Part shown: positions 48,338 through 58,824 of the stretch, in pieces
How the letters are laid out: every line of letters begins with the position of its first letter
Position numbering within the stretch: the first letter of the stretch is position 1
Assembly: GCA_004293935.1 (NCBI GenBank)
Contig: RDZH01000011.1
Span: 13,831 to 77,830 of the forward strand
Direction: 5' to 3'
From: Alphaproteobacteria bacterium
GTDB lineage: Bacteria; Pseudomonadota; Alphaproteobacteria; Rickettsiales; UBA998
DNA length: 64,000 nt
Notes under the pieces: model-generated
What the model was told of the DNA's origin: nothing
Database searches by the model: none
What the model saw: only the letters and a program-made list of their open reading frames with translations
Position numbers and translations under genes: made by a program

Positions 48338-48910
48338 TTATGCGTGGGGCAATTCTTTTAATAGTTTCATGAGGCGTGTACGCGCTATTTCATCAGCAAT
48401 ACCGTCATGTCGCCAAATAATTTCACCTTGTGGATTAAGCATTAGGGTACTAATCCTATCTTGCTTCATCTTCATATGCGCAAAAAATGCTTCACGATCC
48501 GTATAGATGGTGATGGTGCGCTCGCGTGCTGCATCTTCCGTCACGCCCGAACGCATCCCATTATTCACCCAAAACCGCCCTGCGGAGGTCATTTCGTAAA
48601 TCACAGGCAGTTCATAATAACGTAGATCAGAGCGCACTTTTTCAAACTCAGGCAAGGCTTTAATCCACGTATCAACGTCTTTTTGCTGTTCGCGTTCAAA
48701 GGCTATCGTCACCAATCGCCACTCACCCTCTAAATCACGAGGAACAACGCGATCTTTACCATGCAAATCAATCCCTTTGAGTGTTGGGAAGATATTCGCA
48801 CCCTGCATGGTGATCGGCGTATTCTCCCCCGAACCAATGCAGCTACTCATCATGCCCATGCCTCCAACTGCCATCAATGCCATGATACCCCAAATAAACC
48901 GACGACGCAT
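48338..48910 (-). CDS. Hypothetical lipoprotein
   Basis: ATG at 48910 shares one base with the thiolase TAA, and GGAGG lies 5 nt upstream. Signal/lipobox MALMAVGGMGMMSSCIG. No family recognised. Confidence 0.55.
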   Translation of the reverse strand: MRRRFIWGIMALMAVGGMGMMSSCIGSGENTPITMQGANIFPTLKGIDLHGKDRVVPRDLEGEWRLVTIAFEREQQKDVDTWIKALPEFEKVRSDLRYYELPVIYEMTSAGRFWVNNGMRSGVTEDAARERTITIYTDREAFFAHMKMKQDRISTLMLNPQGEIIWRHDGIADEIARTRLMKLLKELPHA

Positions 48911-50040
48911 TATGCCTCCATTTTTTCTAATAATGTTGCGATACCTTGTCCACCACCAATGCATTGTGTTGCTAGAGCGTAACGCTTGCCACTGCGATGC
49001 AGCAAGGAAGCGGCTTTACCCGTAATCCGTGCGCCAGAAGCTCCGAGCGGATGCCCGAGCGCAATCGCCCCGCCTTCGATATTCACTTTCGTTGCATCAA
49101 GAGCAAGTTGTGCGATGCACGGCAATGCTTGCGCCGCAAATGCCTCATTAAGTTCAGCAATATCAATATCTTGAGTCGTGAGTTTTGCGCGTTGCAGAAG
49201 TTTTTGCGTGGCAGCGATAGGACCTAGCCCCATAGACTCGGGTGCGACACCCGCCACGGCATGGCTATGAATGCGCGCAAGAATGGGAAGCGCATGACGT
49301 TTCGCATAATCCAAGGATGCCACCACCACCAACGCCGCCCCATCGGTAAGCGGGGAGGACGTACCCGCCGTCACCGTTCCGCCTTGCGTAAAGGCAGGGT
49401 TAAGCGTTGCGAGTGCATCCACACTAGACTCCGCACGGATGCACCCATCACGATCCACAATGCCCGCTTTGGTAGTAATCGGAATAATCTCATCCTGCAT
49501 ATTCGCTGCTGCTGCTTTGTGATGGCTCTCGACTGCAAATGCTTCTTGCGCTGCGCGTGTGATGCCACAGCTCGATGCGACATGCTCCGCCGTCAGCCCC
49601 ATACTCATATAGGCTTCTTTTCGTGTTTTATAAAGTGTAGGATTAGGCAGTGGATTAAAGCCCGTCATGGGAACACGGCTCATCGATTCCACCCCACCCA
49701 CTAAAAATAATTCCCCTGCGCCCATCGCTATTTTCCCTGCAGCAAGGTGAATCGCTTCCATCGATGATCCGCAAAAACGGTTGAGCGTTACGCCTGCTAT
49801 GCTATCGGGCAACCCTGCCAACATCACCACTTGCCGCGCCATATTAAAGCCTTGCTCCGCCTCAGGAAAAGCACAGCCCAGCACCATATCTTCAATATCC
49901 TCGGTGCGAAGCGGAAGTTTTTTGAGCAATCCTTGCACGAGTTGCGCCATCAGATCATCAGGGCGAACAGATGCAAGCGCGCCTTTATAGGCTGGCGTGA
50001 ACGGAGTGCGCGCAAAGGCGCAAAGTACAGCGTGGGTCAT
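48910..50040 (-). CDS. fadA: 3-ketoacyl-CoA thiolase (acetyl-CoA C-acyltransferase)
   Basis: Active-site regions NRFCGSSMEAI, and C-terminal NIEGGAIALGHPLGASGAR and CIGGGQG. Confidence 0.9.
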   Translation of the reverse strand: MTHAVLCAFARTPFTPAYKGALASVRPDDLMAQLVQGLLKKLPLRTEDIEDMVLGCAFPEAEQGFNMARQVVMLAGLPDSIAGVTLNRFCGSSMEAIHLAAGKIAMGAGELFLVGGVESMSRVPMTGFNPLPNPTLYKTRKEAYMSMGLTAEHVASSCGITRAAQEAFAVESHHKAAAANMQDEIIPITTKAGIVDRDGCIRAESSVDALATLNPAFTQGGTVTAGTSSPLTDGAALVVVASLDYAKRHALPILARIHSHAVAGVAPESMGLGPIAATQKLLQRAKLTTQDIDIAELNEAFAAQALPCIAQLALDATKVNIEGGAIALGHPLGASGARITGKAASLLHRSGKRYALATQCIGGGQGIATLLEKMEA

Positions 50041-50401
50041 GAAACATCCTTGTTGTAATTAGTAGTGACTATACCATCCTAATCGGATGATGAAGCATAG
50101 CTTGTGCATTTTTGCGCATGGATTGACGCGAATAATGTTGCAAGCGTGGTAAACCTATCACGCCTCCCTTCGTAAAGCGGAACACAGCACCCAAATTTGT
50201 TTCTATATACACAAAAAAATTAATGATTTTTCAATTTCCTTTTGCTATATTTATAAATATAAGCTAGAATAATATATAGTGATGATGTGGTTTTTATAAA
50301 TAAAAAATGCACTTCATTGCTTCTTTGTTTTATCATTACTTTGCAGCGAACCCTAAACTTTACACACCATCATCAAGCATTATAGAAGATCAATAACAGA
50401 T

Positions 50402-50782
50402 ATGTTTGGAACTATGAACCCTCCAGAAATACAACACAGTGCTGACTTATGCGTCGCCAAGATGCTTGCAGCGATGAAGCAATCTGCCGCAATGATGCCA
50501 AAGAACTTGCAAGATCTTTGCGATAGTGTGGCAGAGCAAGTGACTTCGCGGGTGGATCATGCAAAGATTATGGCAGAGAAACCCACTGTTGTTCATGATA
50601 TTAATGAGCCACAGCTACAACAGAAGGAAGTAGCTTCTGGCATGAGCAATGCATTAGATCAAGCCAAAGAAGCACTGAAAGGTTTGGGGGCAGGGTTCTC
50701 AGGTTTCACATGGGCTTCCGCTGGATCTGTTGCAGCAAGTACCACACCACAAGCTCTATCGACTGGTGGTCATGCCCGTTAA
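50402..50782 (+). CDS. Hypothetical small protein
   Basis: Isolated ORF in an AT-rich intergenic context, followed by a family-1 palindrome. No family recognised. Confidence 0.35.
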   Translation: MFGTMNPPEIQHSADLCVAKMLAAMKQSAAMMPKNLQDLCDSVAEQVTSRVDHAKIMAEKPTVVHDINEPQLQQKEVASGMSNALDQAKEALKGLGAGFSGFTWASAGSVAASTTPQALSTGGHAR

Positions 50783-50822
50783 TTGCAACCTTAGTTTCAA
50801 CACTAAAACTTTTCTTATCGTT

Positions 50823-50848
50823 GTCATACCAGCCTTCGCTGGTATGAC
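50823..50848. repeat. Short palindromic intergenic repeat (family 1, AT-variant)
   Basis: GTCATACCAGCCTTCGCTGGTATGAC. 11-bp stems, between convergent gene ends. Confidence 0.85.
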
Positions 50849-50870
50849 AAGAATTGAGAGTTATAGGTTG

Positions 50871-52823
50871 TTATATCAACCGTTGTGATCGTGATATCGA
50901 TTGGGCGCGTTCCACTCTCTGCCCTATTTCCGCATCACTAATATGGGTACTAGGTTCTTCTCGTTCAACAGCATATGCTTGTTCTTTTGCACTAATATTA
51001 CCAACATAGGAAATATTCGGCACGTTGCTCATATCAAGGTGCAGCAAATGCGATGCTTCATTCCTTATCTCTTCTTCTGTCAATTCCACACAGCGCGCCT
51101 TGGGATCAACATTGATGACATGCAAGGCGACAAGCTGCTCTGCACCTTCCCCAGAACGCACCGTCGCACAATAGATCAATTTATCATCCTCCTGTGAAAA
51201 GCCCATTTTCACCCGCTGATCAGGATAAATAACGCGTGAATTGCTTGCTATGGCGTGATTTAGTTCTTTAAGAAACGCAGAATAATCATGTTCTTGCTCT
51301 TGTTCTCGCTGCTGCACTAACTCAGGAATATTGATCTGTGGATTCAAACGCAAGAGCATAGGGCGTTTTTCGTGTACTTCATGATCCTTATATTGCCAGA
51401 CGGGCTTAGGGTATGCATCTTTCACAATATAGGTGGAATCATCCAGAGTAATCGCCCCTCCCTGCACCACAATATCATGCATCAGTTCGTCATATTCTTC
51501 TCGTGAAAAGCGAATGATTTTGGATTCACCATCCAACATTTTCACCGCGTGCGATTCATCTGGGTGAATCACCGTTCCTTCAAAAACATTGACGCGATTA
51601 TTTGTCAAAAACTCATCACCAGAGGTCATCATCATGCCCCCTGCCCCAAGAAAGGCTGAAAAGGCGGCTTTCACACGTGCAGCACGTTGCACATGTTCTT
51701 CAATATCATCTTCTGACACGCCTTGACGTTGCATATTTTCGATAATATGCTCTATTTGCGCGTTCACTTGATTATAGACGCGATTCGTATCATGCGTACT
51801 CAGCGGGGTAATCGTACCGCCGTGAATAGCCTCCTGTTTACGCATCACTTCATCGATCAGCCAGTGGCTTGGATCATTGACAAGATTATGGGGGATCAAT
51901 TCATCCTTCACATGCCCCCGATCTTCATGGTACTTATTATTCGGAAAAAAGAAGCCGCTATTTAAGCAATGTGTTGCCACCCCAACCACTTCTAAGGCAT
52001 TAGGAGATCGCTCATTATTCAACGTCTCAGCAATGATGATGGGTTGCTCAGGAATCAGATCATCAGGGTTTTGCTCCCGCAACTCATCTAACTTATTTTT
52101 GAATTGCGCTGCCGAACTTTGATGCAAATTCGCAGGGGTATCGGGCGATGAATCGATACGCATCCCCGTAAAGCCTAATTGCGCCATCATTTCAATATAG
52201 GGTCCAAATATTTCATTACGCGCAAATTCATTCACAGGGTGTTGTGCGTCTGTAAAAGAATAGTTGAACTTGATGGTATCATCCCAAATATCAATAGGAT
52301 CATACGGCACACCATTATTCAATTTCGGACGATAATGTTTGTCAAGATTATGAATATCATAATGCCCATTTTCGTAGGTTTTGAGCAAATTCACTCCTTG
52401 CTCATGAGCGCGTTCAATATAGACAGATCCCGGTGCTAATTGCCCTTGCACTAAATCAAACATGGGAGTCATATCCAATGATTTTGCAACACGGCAAAAT
52501 TCTTGCAACTGTTCACCGATGCCTTCGGTAGGATTGCCCTGTTCATCCAAGAAACTTCCTGATGCACCATTAAAAAACCGTGGATTCGCCTCAAGCATAT
52601 TTTCAACGGCATAAGGACAGCCAAAATCGCCAGCAGCTTTCGGATAATCCCCCACCTTAAACAATGGATTCACATAAATCACGTTAAAGCCCATCTCTTT
52701 AATACGTGGGAGATCTTCCGTCATACGCTCGATCGCACTTTTTTGTTCCTGTGGATCGATATAATTAGGCGGCCAGATATTATAAACTGAAACGGGAGAT
52801 GTGCTATGTGTTAATGATTCCAT
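50871..52823 (-). CDS. Divergent GH13 (alpha-amylase superfamily) protein, GlgE/debranching-like motifs
   Basis: MGFNVIYVNPLFKVGD...GDFGCPYAVEN...ANPRF, GFTGMRIDSSPDTP (nucleophile-Asp region), IIIAETLN (acid/base Glu), LSTHDTNRV. No signal peptide. About 250 aa of uncharacterised C-terminus. Confidence 0.45.
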   Translation of the reverse strand: MESLTHSTSPVSVYNIWPPNYIDPQEQKSAIERMTEDLPRIKEMGFNVIYVNPLFKVGDYPKAAGDFGCPYAVENMLEANPRFFNGASGSFLDEQGNPTEGIGEQLQEFCRVAKSLDMTPMFDLVQGQLAPGSVYIERAHEQGVNLLKTYENGHYDIHNLDKHYRPKLNNGVPYDPIDIWDDTIKFNYSFTDAQHPVNEFARNEIFGPYIEMMAQLGFTGMRIDSSPDTPANLHQSSAAQFKNKLDELREQNPDDLIPEQPIIIAETLNNERSPNALEVVGVATHCLNSGFFFPNNKYHEDRGHVKDELIPHNLVNDPSHWLIDEVMRKQEAIHGGTITPLSTHDTNRVYNQVNAQIEHIIENMQRQGVSEDDIEEHVQRAARVKAAFSAFLGAGGMMMTSGDEFLTNNRVNVFEGTVIHPDESHAVKMLDGESKIIRFSREEYDELMHDIVVQGGAITLDDSTYIVKDAYPKPVWQYKDHEVHEKRPMLLRLNPQINIPELVQQREQEQEHDYSAFLKELNHAIASNSRVIYPDQRVKMGFSQEDDKLIYCATVRSGEGAEQLVALHVINVDPKARCVELTEEEIRNEASHLLHLDMSNVPNISYVGNISAKEQAYAVEREEPSTHISDAEIGQRVERAQSISRSQRLI

Positions 52824-53336
52824 ATGGTGCGTTCCTCGTGCGCGTTATTAATGTGGGTATGATAAAAAATAATGACAGGTAAAAAACCAATGTCACCGCA
52901 TAAAATATTATCGATCATACCATTTCAATATTAAAACTAGCATACAATATATTACAAAGTACTGATGCTATTGCCTATCCTTGACAGTCTTAGAGACTAC
53001 AAAGAAAAGTCCACTTCTAAAACGCCACTAACATACCACATAATTGCTTGATAAATCATGACATTATGATGACAAATATTGCGCATCGCACCCTTTTTTG
53101 ATGCTTTGCAAAATTAGTATTTCTTTATGTATACAGATCGCACATAGGCGTGACTTTATTATGACACATAACCGTTCCACGGAAAAATTAAGACAATCCA
53201 CATATTTTTTTAACGGAAAATTTACTATCCTTTGTTAAAAATGATGCACTTTTTACTTGGTGAATAGTCTACGCACGCACATGTTCATTTATGCTTGCAT
53301 TATGTATTTTGTCCACCATATAGTAAGCATATCTAA

Positions 53337-54320
<984 letters not shown>

Positions 54321-54353
54321 TTTTATACATAACCCAACCAAGGAGTACTCATT

Positions 54354-55529
54354 GTGAATATCCATGAATATCAAGCAAAAGCAGTATTACGCAAATATGG
54401 CGTACCTGTACCAAACGGCAAAGTAGCCTATACCCCTGAAGAAGCAGAAAAAGCAGCACAAGAATTGAGTGGTGACATCAAAGTGGTGAAAGCACAGATT
54501 CATGCAGGCGGACGTGGCAAAGCGGGTGGCGTGAAAATTGCTAAAAACATCACCGAAGTGAAACAATATGCCAAAGACATGCTCGGCATGACGCTGGTGA
54601 CGCATCAAACAGGTCCTGAGGGGAAAGTCGTGAAGCGCGTCTATATTGAAGAAGCAAGCAATATCGCAACTGAATTATATCTTGGTATTGTGGTGGATCG
54701 CGCTTCAAGCTGCATCACGTTCATGATTTCTCGTGAGGGCGGTGTGGATATTGAAGAAGTGGCAGCGCATCATCCTGAGAAAATCATCATGGTGACTGTT
54801 GATCCTGCTGCAGGTTTCCAACCGTTCCATGCACGCAAGATGGCGTTTGCGCTTGGCTTAAACAAAGAGCAACAAAAGCATTTCCATCCCTTTGTGGTTG
54901 CACTCTATCAAGCATTTGTCGATACGGATGCATCGCAAGTGGAAATTAACCCGCTGGTGATTACCGCAGATGATAAATTGATTGCGCTGGATGCCAAGTT
55001 CAATTTCGATGAAAACGCACTCTATCGTCATGAAGATATTGCAGAAATGCGTGATCCTGATGAAGAAGACCCACTGGAGCAAAAAGCAGCCCAATATGGC
55101 TTAGCCTATGTGAAGATGGACGGCAATATTGGCTGTATGGTGAATGGTGCAGGTTTGGCAATGGCAACGATGGACATCATCAAACTGCATGGCTCAGAAC
55201 CCGCAAACTTCCTTGATGTGGGCGGTGGCGCAAACAAAGAGAAAGTGACTCATGCATTCAAACTCATTCTTTCTGATCCAAGCGTTGAAGGTATTTTGGT
55301 GAATATTTTCGGGGGCATTATGCGCTGCGATACTATTGCAGAAGGCGTGATTGCTGCAGCAAAAGAAGTGTCACTATCCATCCCACTGGTGGTGCGTTTA
55401 GAAGGAACGAACGTGGAATTGGGCAAGAAAATGCTCGCTTCTTCAGGCTTAGACATTATTCCTGCGGATAATCTGGAAGATGCCGCACAGAAAATTGTTT
55501 CTGCTGTGAGTCAGAAAAAAGCTGCGTAA
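54354..55529 (+). CDS. sucC: Succinyl-CoA synthetase beta subunit
   Basis: GTG start giving [20 protein letters not shown]. Also [26 protein letters not shown]. Confidence 0.95.
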   Translation: MNIHEYQAKAVLRKYGVPVPNGKVAYTPEEAEKAAQELSGDIKVVKAQIHAGGRGKAGGVKIAKNITEVKQYAKDMLGMTLVTHQTGPEGKVVKRVYIEEASNIATELYLGIVVDRASSCITFMISREGGVDIEEVAAHHPEKIIMVTVDPAAGFQPFHARKMAFALGLNKEQQKHFHPFVVALYQAFVDTDASQVEINPLVITADDKLIALDAKFNFDENALYRHEDIAEMRDPDEEDPLEQKAAQYGLAYVKMDGNIGCMVNGAGLAMATMDIIKLHGSEPANFLDVGGGANKEKVTHAFKLILSDPSVEGILVNIFGGIMRCDTIAEGVIAAAKEVSLSIPLVVRLEGTNVELGKKMLASSGLDIIPADNLEDAAQKIVSAVSQKKAA

Positions 55530-55557
55530 TATGTATGTCTGGGGATAGGGAGGTCTG

Positions 55558-56271
55558 ATGAGTAAGAAGAAAACATATCATGTTGAAATCGTCTCTGATG
55601 ATGTTCAGGCATTACATGCGATACGAAGCATTGTAAAAACAAGCCCGTTCCTATCACATGAAGCACTACCAGATCAGGGTTTAGGGAGTCCCAATGCGCA
55701 TGTACAAACAGGTGTGTTATCTTCTAATTTAACTATATCTGTTGTCACTCAATCCGATCTGCATGATTTTACAGATCGGGTTGAGGGCTTGATAAAATAC
55801 GCTGGTGTAGATGTGGAAACATTGACGACTACGTATAACACTCCTGAGATGCGGACTGCGGAACAAAATGATCCAAAAGCACGCATCGCACGGCAAGATA
55901 AAATGTACGGAAGGAATGCTCCTAAAGAACCAGCGAATAAAATAATGGTCGTTGAATCTTGGTTGCACAATGTTGATGAGAAATATTTTCAAGAATTTTC
56001 TGATAGTAAACCTTATGGTGCAAAAATTAAAGTACAACATGCAGGAGAATATATGATAGAAACTAGTGATTTATTGCCACAGGGTACTGTAATGACAATC
56101 TCTCATATCACAGAAACTGGCACTTCGGATCACCCTGATCGTTTTGCACTAACACTAAAAACAGACGATGGTAAGAAAGTAGAGGCGCACACAACAAGTA
56201 TATTAGGACATGCTGGCAAGGAGACATTCCGTACTCTTCAACGTCAAATTCCTACAGAACTTTCACTATAA
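55558..56271 (+). CDS. Hypothetical protein inserted between sucC and sucD
   Basis: GGGAGG lies 6 nt upstream. Gaps of 28 nt and 24 nt to sucC and sucD. 237 aa with no TM segment and no recognisable motif. Visibly more AT-rich than its neighbours. Confidence 0.55.
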   Translation: MSKKKTYHVEIVSDDVQALHAIRSIVKTSPFLSHEALPDQGLGSPNAHVQTGVLSSNLTISVVTQSDLHDFTDRVEGLIKYAGVDVETLTTTYNTPEMRTAEQNDPKARIARQDKMYGRNAPKEPANKIMVVESWLHNVDEKYFQEFSDSKPYGAKIKVQHAGEYMIETSDLLPQGTVMTISHITETGTSDHPDRFALTLKTDDGKKVEAHTTSILGHAGKETFRTLQRQIPTELSL

Positions 56272-56295
56272 TTTATTAATTAAGGATGATATTAT

Positions 56296-57171
56296 ATGAG
56301 TATTTTAATCAATAAAGACACAAAAGTAATTTGCCAAGGCTTCACAGGGCGTGAAGGTACGTACCATTCAGAGCAAGCGGTAGCTTACGGCACAAAAATG
56401 GTCGGTGGCGTGACTCCAGGGAAAGGCGGAACAGAGCATCTTGCGATGCCCGTGTTCGATTCTGTAGCAGAAGCAAAAGATCGCACAGGCGCGAATGCCA
56501 GCGTGATTTATGTGCCACCTCCATTCGCAGCGGATGCTATTTTAGAAGCGATCGATGCGGAGATAGAATTGGTGATTTGTATCACGGAAGGGATTCCCGT
56601 GTTGGATATGGTGAAAGTGAAACGCGCCCTTTCTAATTCCAAAACTCGCTTGATTGGTCCGAACTGCCCGGGCGTTATCACGCCGGGTGAGTGTAAAATT
56701 GGCATTATGCCGGGTCATATTCACCGCAAAGGTAAAATTGGCATTGTCTCACGCTCAGGAACACTCACCTATGAAGCAGTGGCGCAAACTTCAGCAGAAG
56801 GCTTTGGGCAATCTACTTGTGTTGGTATTGGTGGTGATCCTGTCAATGGCACGAACTTCCTTGATGTGATTGAGCTGTTCTTAGCGGATGATGAAACGGA
56901 TGCGATTGTGATGATCGGTGAAATTGGTGGATCAGCCGAAGAAGAAGCGGCAGATTTTGTGAAAAGAAGCAAAATCAAAAAGCCAATGGTCGGCTTTATC
57001 GCGGGTCGTACAGCTCCTCCCGGTCGTCGTATGGGACATGCGGGTGCAATCGTTGCAGGTGGTAAAGGTGGCGCAGAAGATAAACTTGAAGCGATGCGTT
57101 CTGCAGGCATTCGCGTTTCTGATTCTCCCGCGCATTTGGGCAAAACTATGAAACAACTTTTGGCGGCATAA
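56296..57171 (+). CDS. sucD: Succinyl-CoA synthetase alpha subunit
   Basis: [33 protein letters not shown], phosphohistidine region GHAGAIV. Confidence 0.95.
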   Translation: MSILINKDTKVICQGFTGREGTYHSEQAVAYGTKMVGGVTPGKGGTEHLAMPVFDSVAEAKDRTGANASVIYVPPPFAADAILEAIDAEIELVICITEGIPVLDMVKVKRALSNSKTRLIGPNCPGVITPGECKIGIMPGHIHRKGKIGIVSRSGTLTYEAVAQTSAEGFGQSTCVGIGGDPVNGTNFLDVIELFLADDETDAIVMIGEIGGSAEEEAADFVKRSKIKKPMVGFIAGRTAPPGRRMGHAGAIVAGGKGGAEDKLEAMRSAGIRVSDSPAHLGKTMKQLLAA

Positions 57172-57188
57172 GCGAACATAATTTTATG

Positions 57189-57230
57189 ATGGGTGCGTCT
57201 TTTCATGAGGGCGCACCCATTCTTTGTTTT
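57189..57230 (+). terminator. Rho-independent terminator after sucD
   Basis: ATGGGTGCG-(14 nt)-CGCACCCAT followed by TCTTTGTTTT. Confidence 0.6.
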
Positions 57231-58824
57231 AACGCGCCACACGCATACTCAATAACGCCGCAGGTATACTCACCCCCACCAACATCAGCGCACTAGGGGC
57301 GGCATAGATCATCATTTCTTCTTTTGCTAATTCATAGGTACGGATTGCCAATGTGGTCACGTCAAAGGGGCGCAATAATAAACTGACGGGTAATTCTTTC
57401 ATCGTATCAATGAAAATCATAATGCAGGCGGCAACCATGGCAGAGCGAATCAACGGCACATGCACATAGCGCAAACGCTGCATGGTATTATATCCCAACA
57501 TCATCGCCGTTTCATCCATGCTTGGGGTGATGTACTCCATCGCGGATCGCATCGAATGGGTACTGATGGTGAGAAAACGTATACAACATCCCCATATCAC
57601 CGCAATCAATGTCTGCATCATCACATGTGCCTCAGAGAACCATGCAGATTGCAGCATGGTAATGCACACCAAAATCCCCACGGCAATCACGCTTCCGGGC
57701 AAGGCATAACCCATCGTTGCACAATGAATGCTCAACCGCATCAACCTATGCGTTGGACGATGCAGGGCGTAGGCGCAGAGGAAGCCTAACAGACAGGCAA
57801 GCATCGCCGTGCTTCCTGCAATAAGCACCGAATAACCCAATGCTTCAAGCGTACTAGGATCACGAAAGAGTGCGAGGTTTGGCAATGCCCACACCATCAA
57901 CATCACGCAGGGAATGATGAACCCGAGGCACAAGGGCAGTGCGCAAAGAGTCAAAACGCCCACCCAACGCCACCCTGTGAGATGCTGCTGCACCATCGGT
58001 GTGAAGGGGGCAGAAGAACTATGATGCGCCTGCTTTCTGTGGTAGCGTTCCAGCAGATATAAAAATATCACAATCATTAAAATATAGGTGGCAATATGCG
58101 CCGCTGCAACCGCATCATACATGCCATTCCATGCCCGTACCACACCTATGGATAAGGTAGGCACGCCATAAAGGGATGCAACCCCCACATCCGCCATAGC
58201 TTCCATCCCCACAAATGCCATCCCCACCACAAGCACAGGGCGCGCCATTGGCATACCAACACGCCAAAAAAGTGCGGATTGCGCGCATCCTAATATGCGG
58301 GCTGCATCATAGACTAACGCGGAGTGCATCCGAAACGCGCTACGTGCGAGCAGATAAATATAGGGGTAAAGCGTCACACTCAAAATAAAGATCATGCCCG
58401 CTTTGGAACGAATATTGGGAAATAGATAATCCTGAACATGCCACCCCGTCCACGCACGCAAGGTGGTTTGCAGCCACCCTGCACTGTCCAAAAGATGCCC
58501 ATAAATCATCGCGGCAACATAAGCAGGCATCGCTAGGGGGAGAATCACCATCCATTCTAGCCATATTTTGCCACGAAACCTATAATGCGTGGTGTACCAT
58601 GCCGTTGGCACGGCGCACAGCAACGCCCCGAGCATCGCACCGAACATCATCATAAGGCTATTGGTGGCATATTCACCTATCAACCCTGTGCGGTAGAAAT
58701 GCTCCAACGCTTCTGAATGACGACCGAACGCATATAAGGGAATGATAACGCACGGCAACGCCATACACCATGCGGGAATCAGCACCGCGCCATCACGCCC
58801 GAAGGCACTCATGCGTTGCCACAT
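57229..58824 (-). CDS. Fe(III)/thiamine-type ABC transporter permease (two fused permease domains)
   Basis: About 12 TM segments in two repeats, each with an EAA-like loop (YDAARILGCAQSALFWRV.., DETAMMLGYNTMQRLRYV..). ATG at 58824 shares one base with the binding-protein TAA. Confidence 0.75.
   Translation of the reverse strand: MWQRMSAFGRDGAVLIPAWCMALPCVIIPLYAFGRHSEALEHFYRTGLIGEYATNSLMMMFGAMLGALLCAVPTAWYTTHYRFRGKIWLEWMVILPLAMPAYVAAMIYGHLLDSAGWLQTTLRAWTGWHVQDYLFPNIRSKAGMIFILSVTLYPYIYLLARSAFRMHSALVYDAARILGCAQSALFWRVGMPMARPVLVVGMAFVGMEAMADVGVASLYGVPTLSIGVVRAWNGMYDAVAAAHIATYILMIVIFLYLLERYHRKQAHHSSSAPFTPMVQQHLTGWRWVGVLTLCALPLCLGFIIPCVMLMVWALPNLALFRDPSTLEALGYSVLIAGSTAMLACLLGFLCAYALHRPTHRLMRLSIHCATMGYALPGSVIAVGILVCITMLQSAWFSEAHVMMQTLIAVIWGCCIRFLTISTHSMRSAMEYITPSMDETAMMLGYNTMQRLRYVHVPLIRSAMVAACIMIFIDTMKELPVSLLLRPFDVTTLAIRTYELAKEEMMIYAAPSALMLVGVSIPAALLSMRVAR

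Noticed and set aside
53210-53225. CtrA-box-like TTAACGGAAAATTTAC and the nearby direct repeat ACGGAAAA(A)TT in the 534-bp mdh upstream region
   Set aside because: There is one mismatch to TTAA-N7-TTAAC in a very AT-rich region, where such matches arise by chance, and no second supporting site.
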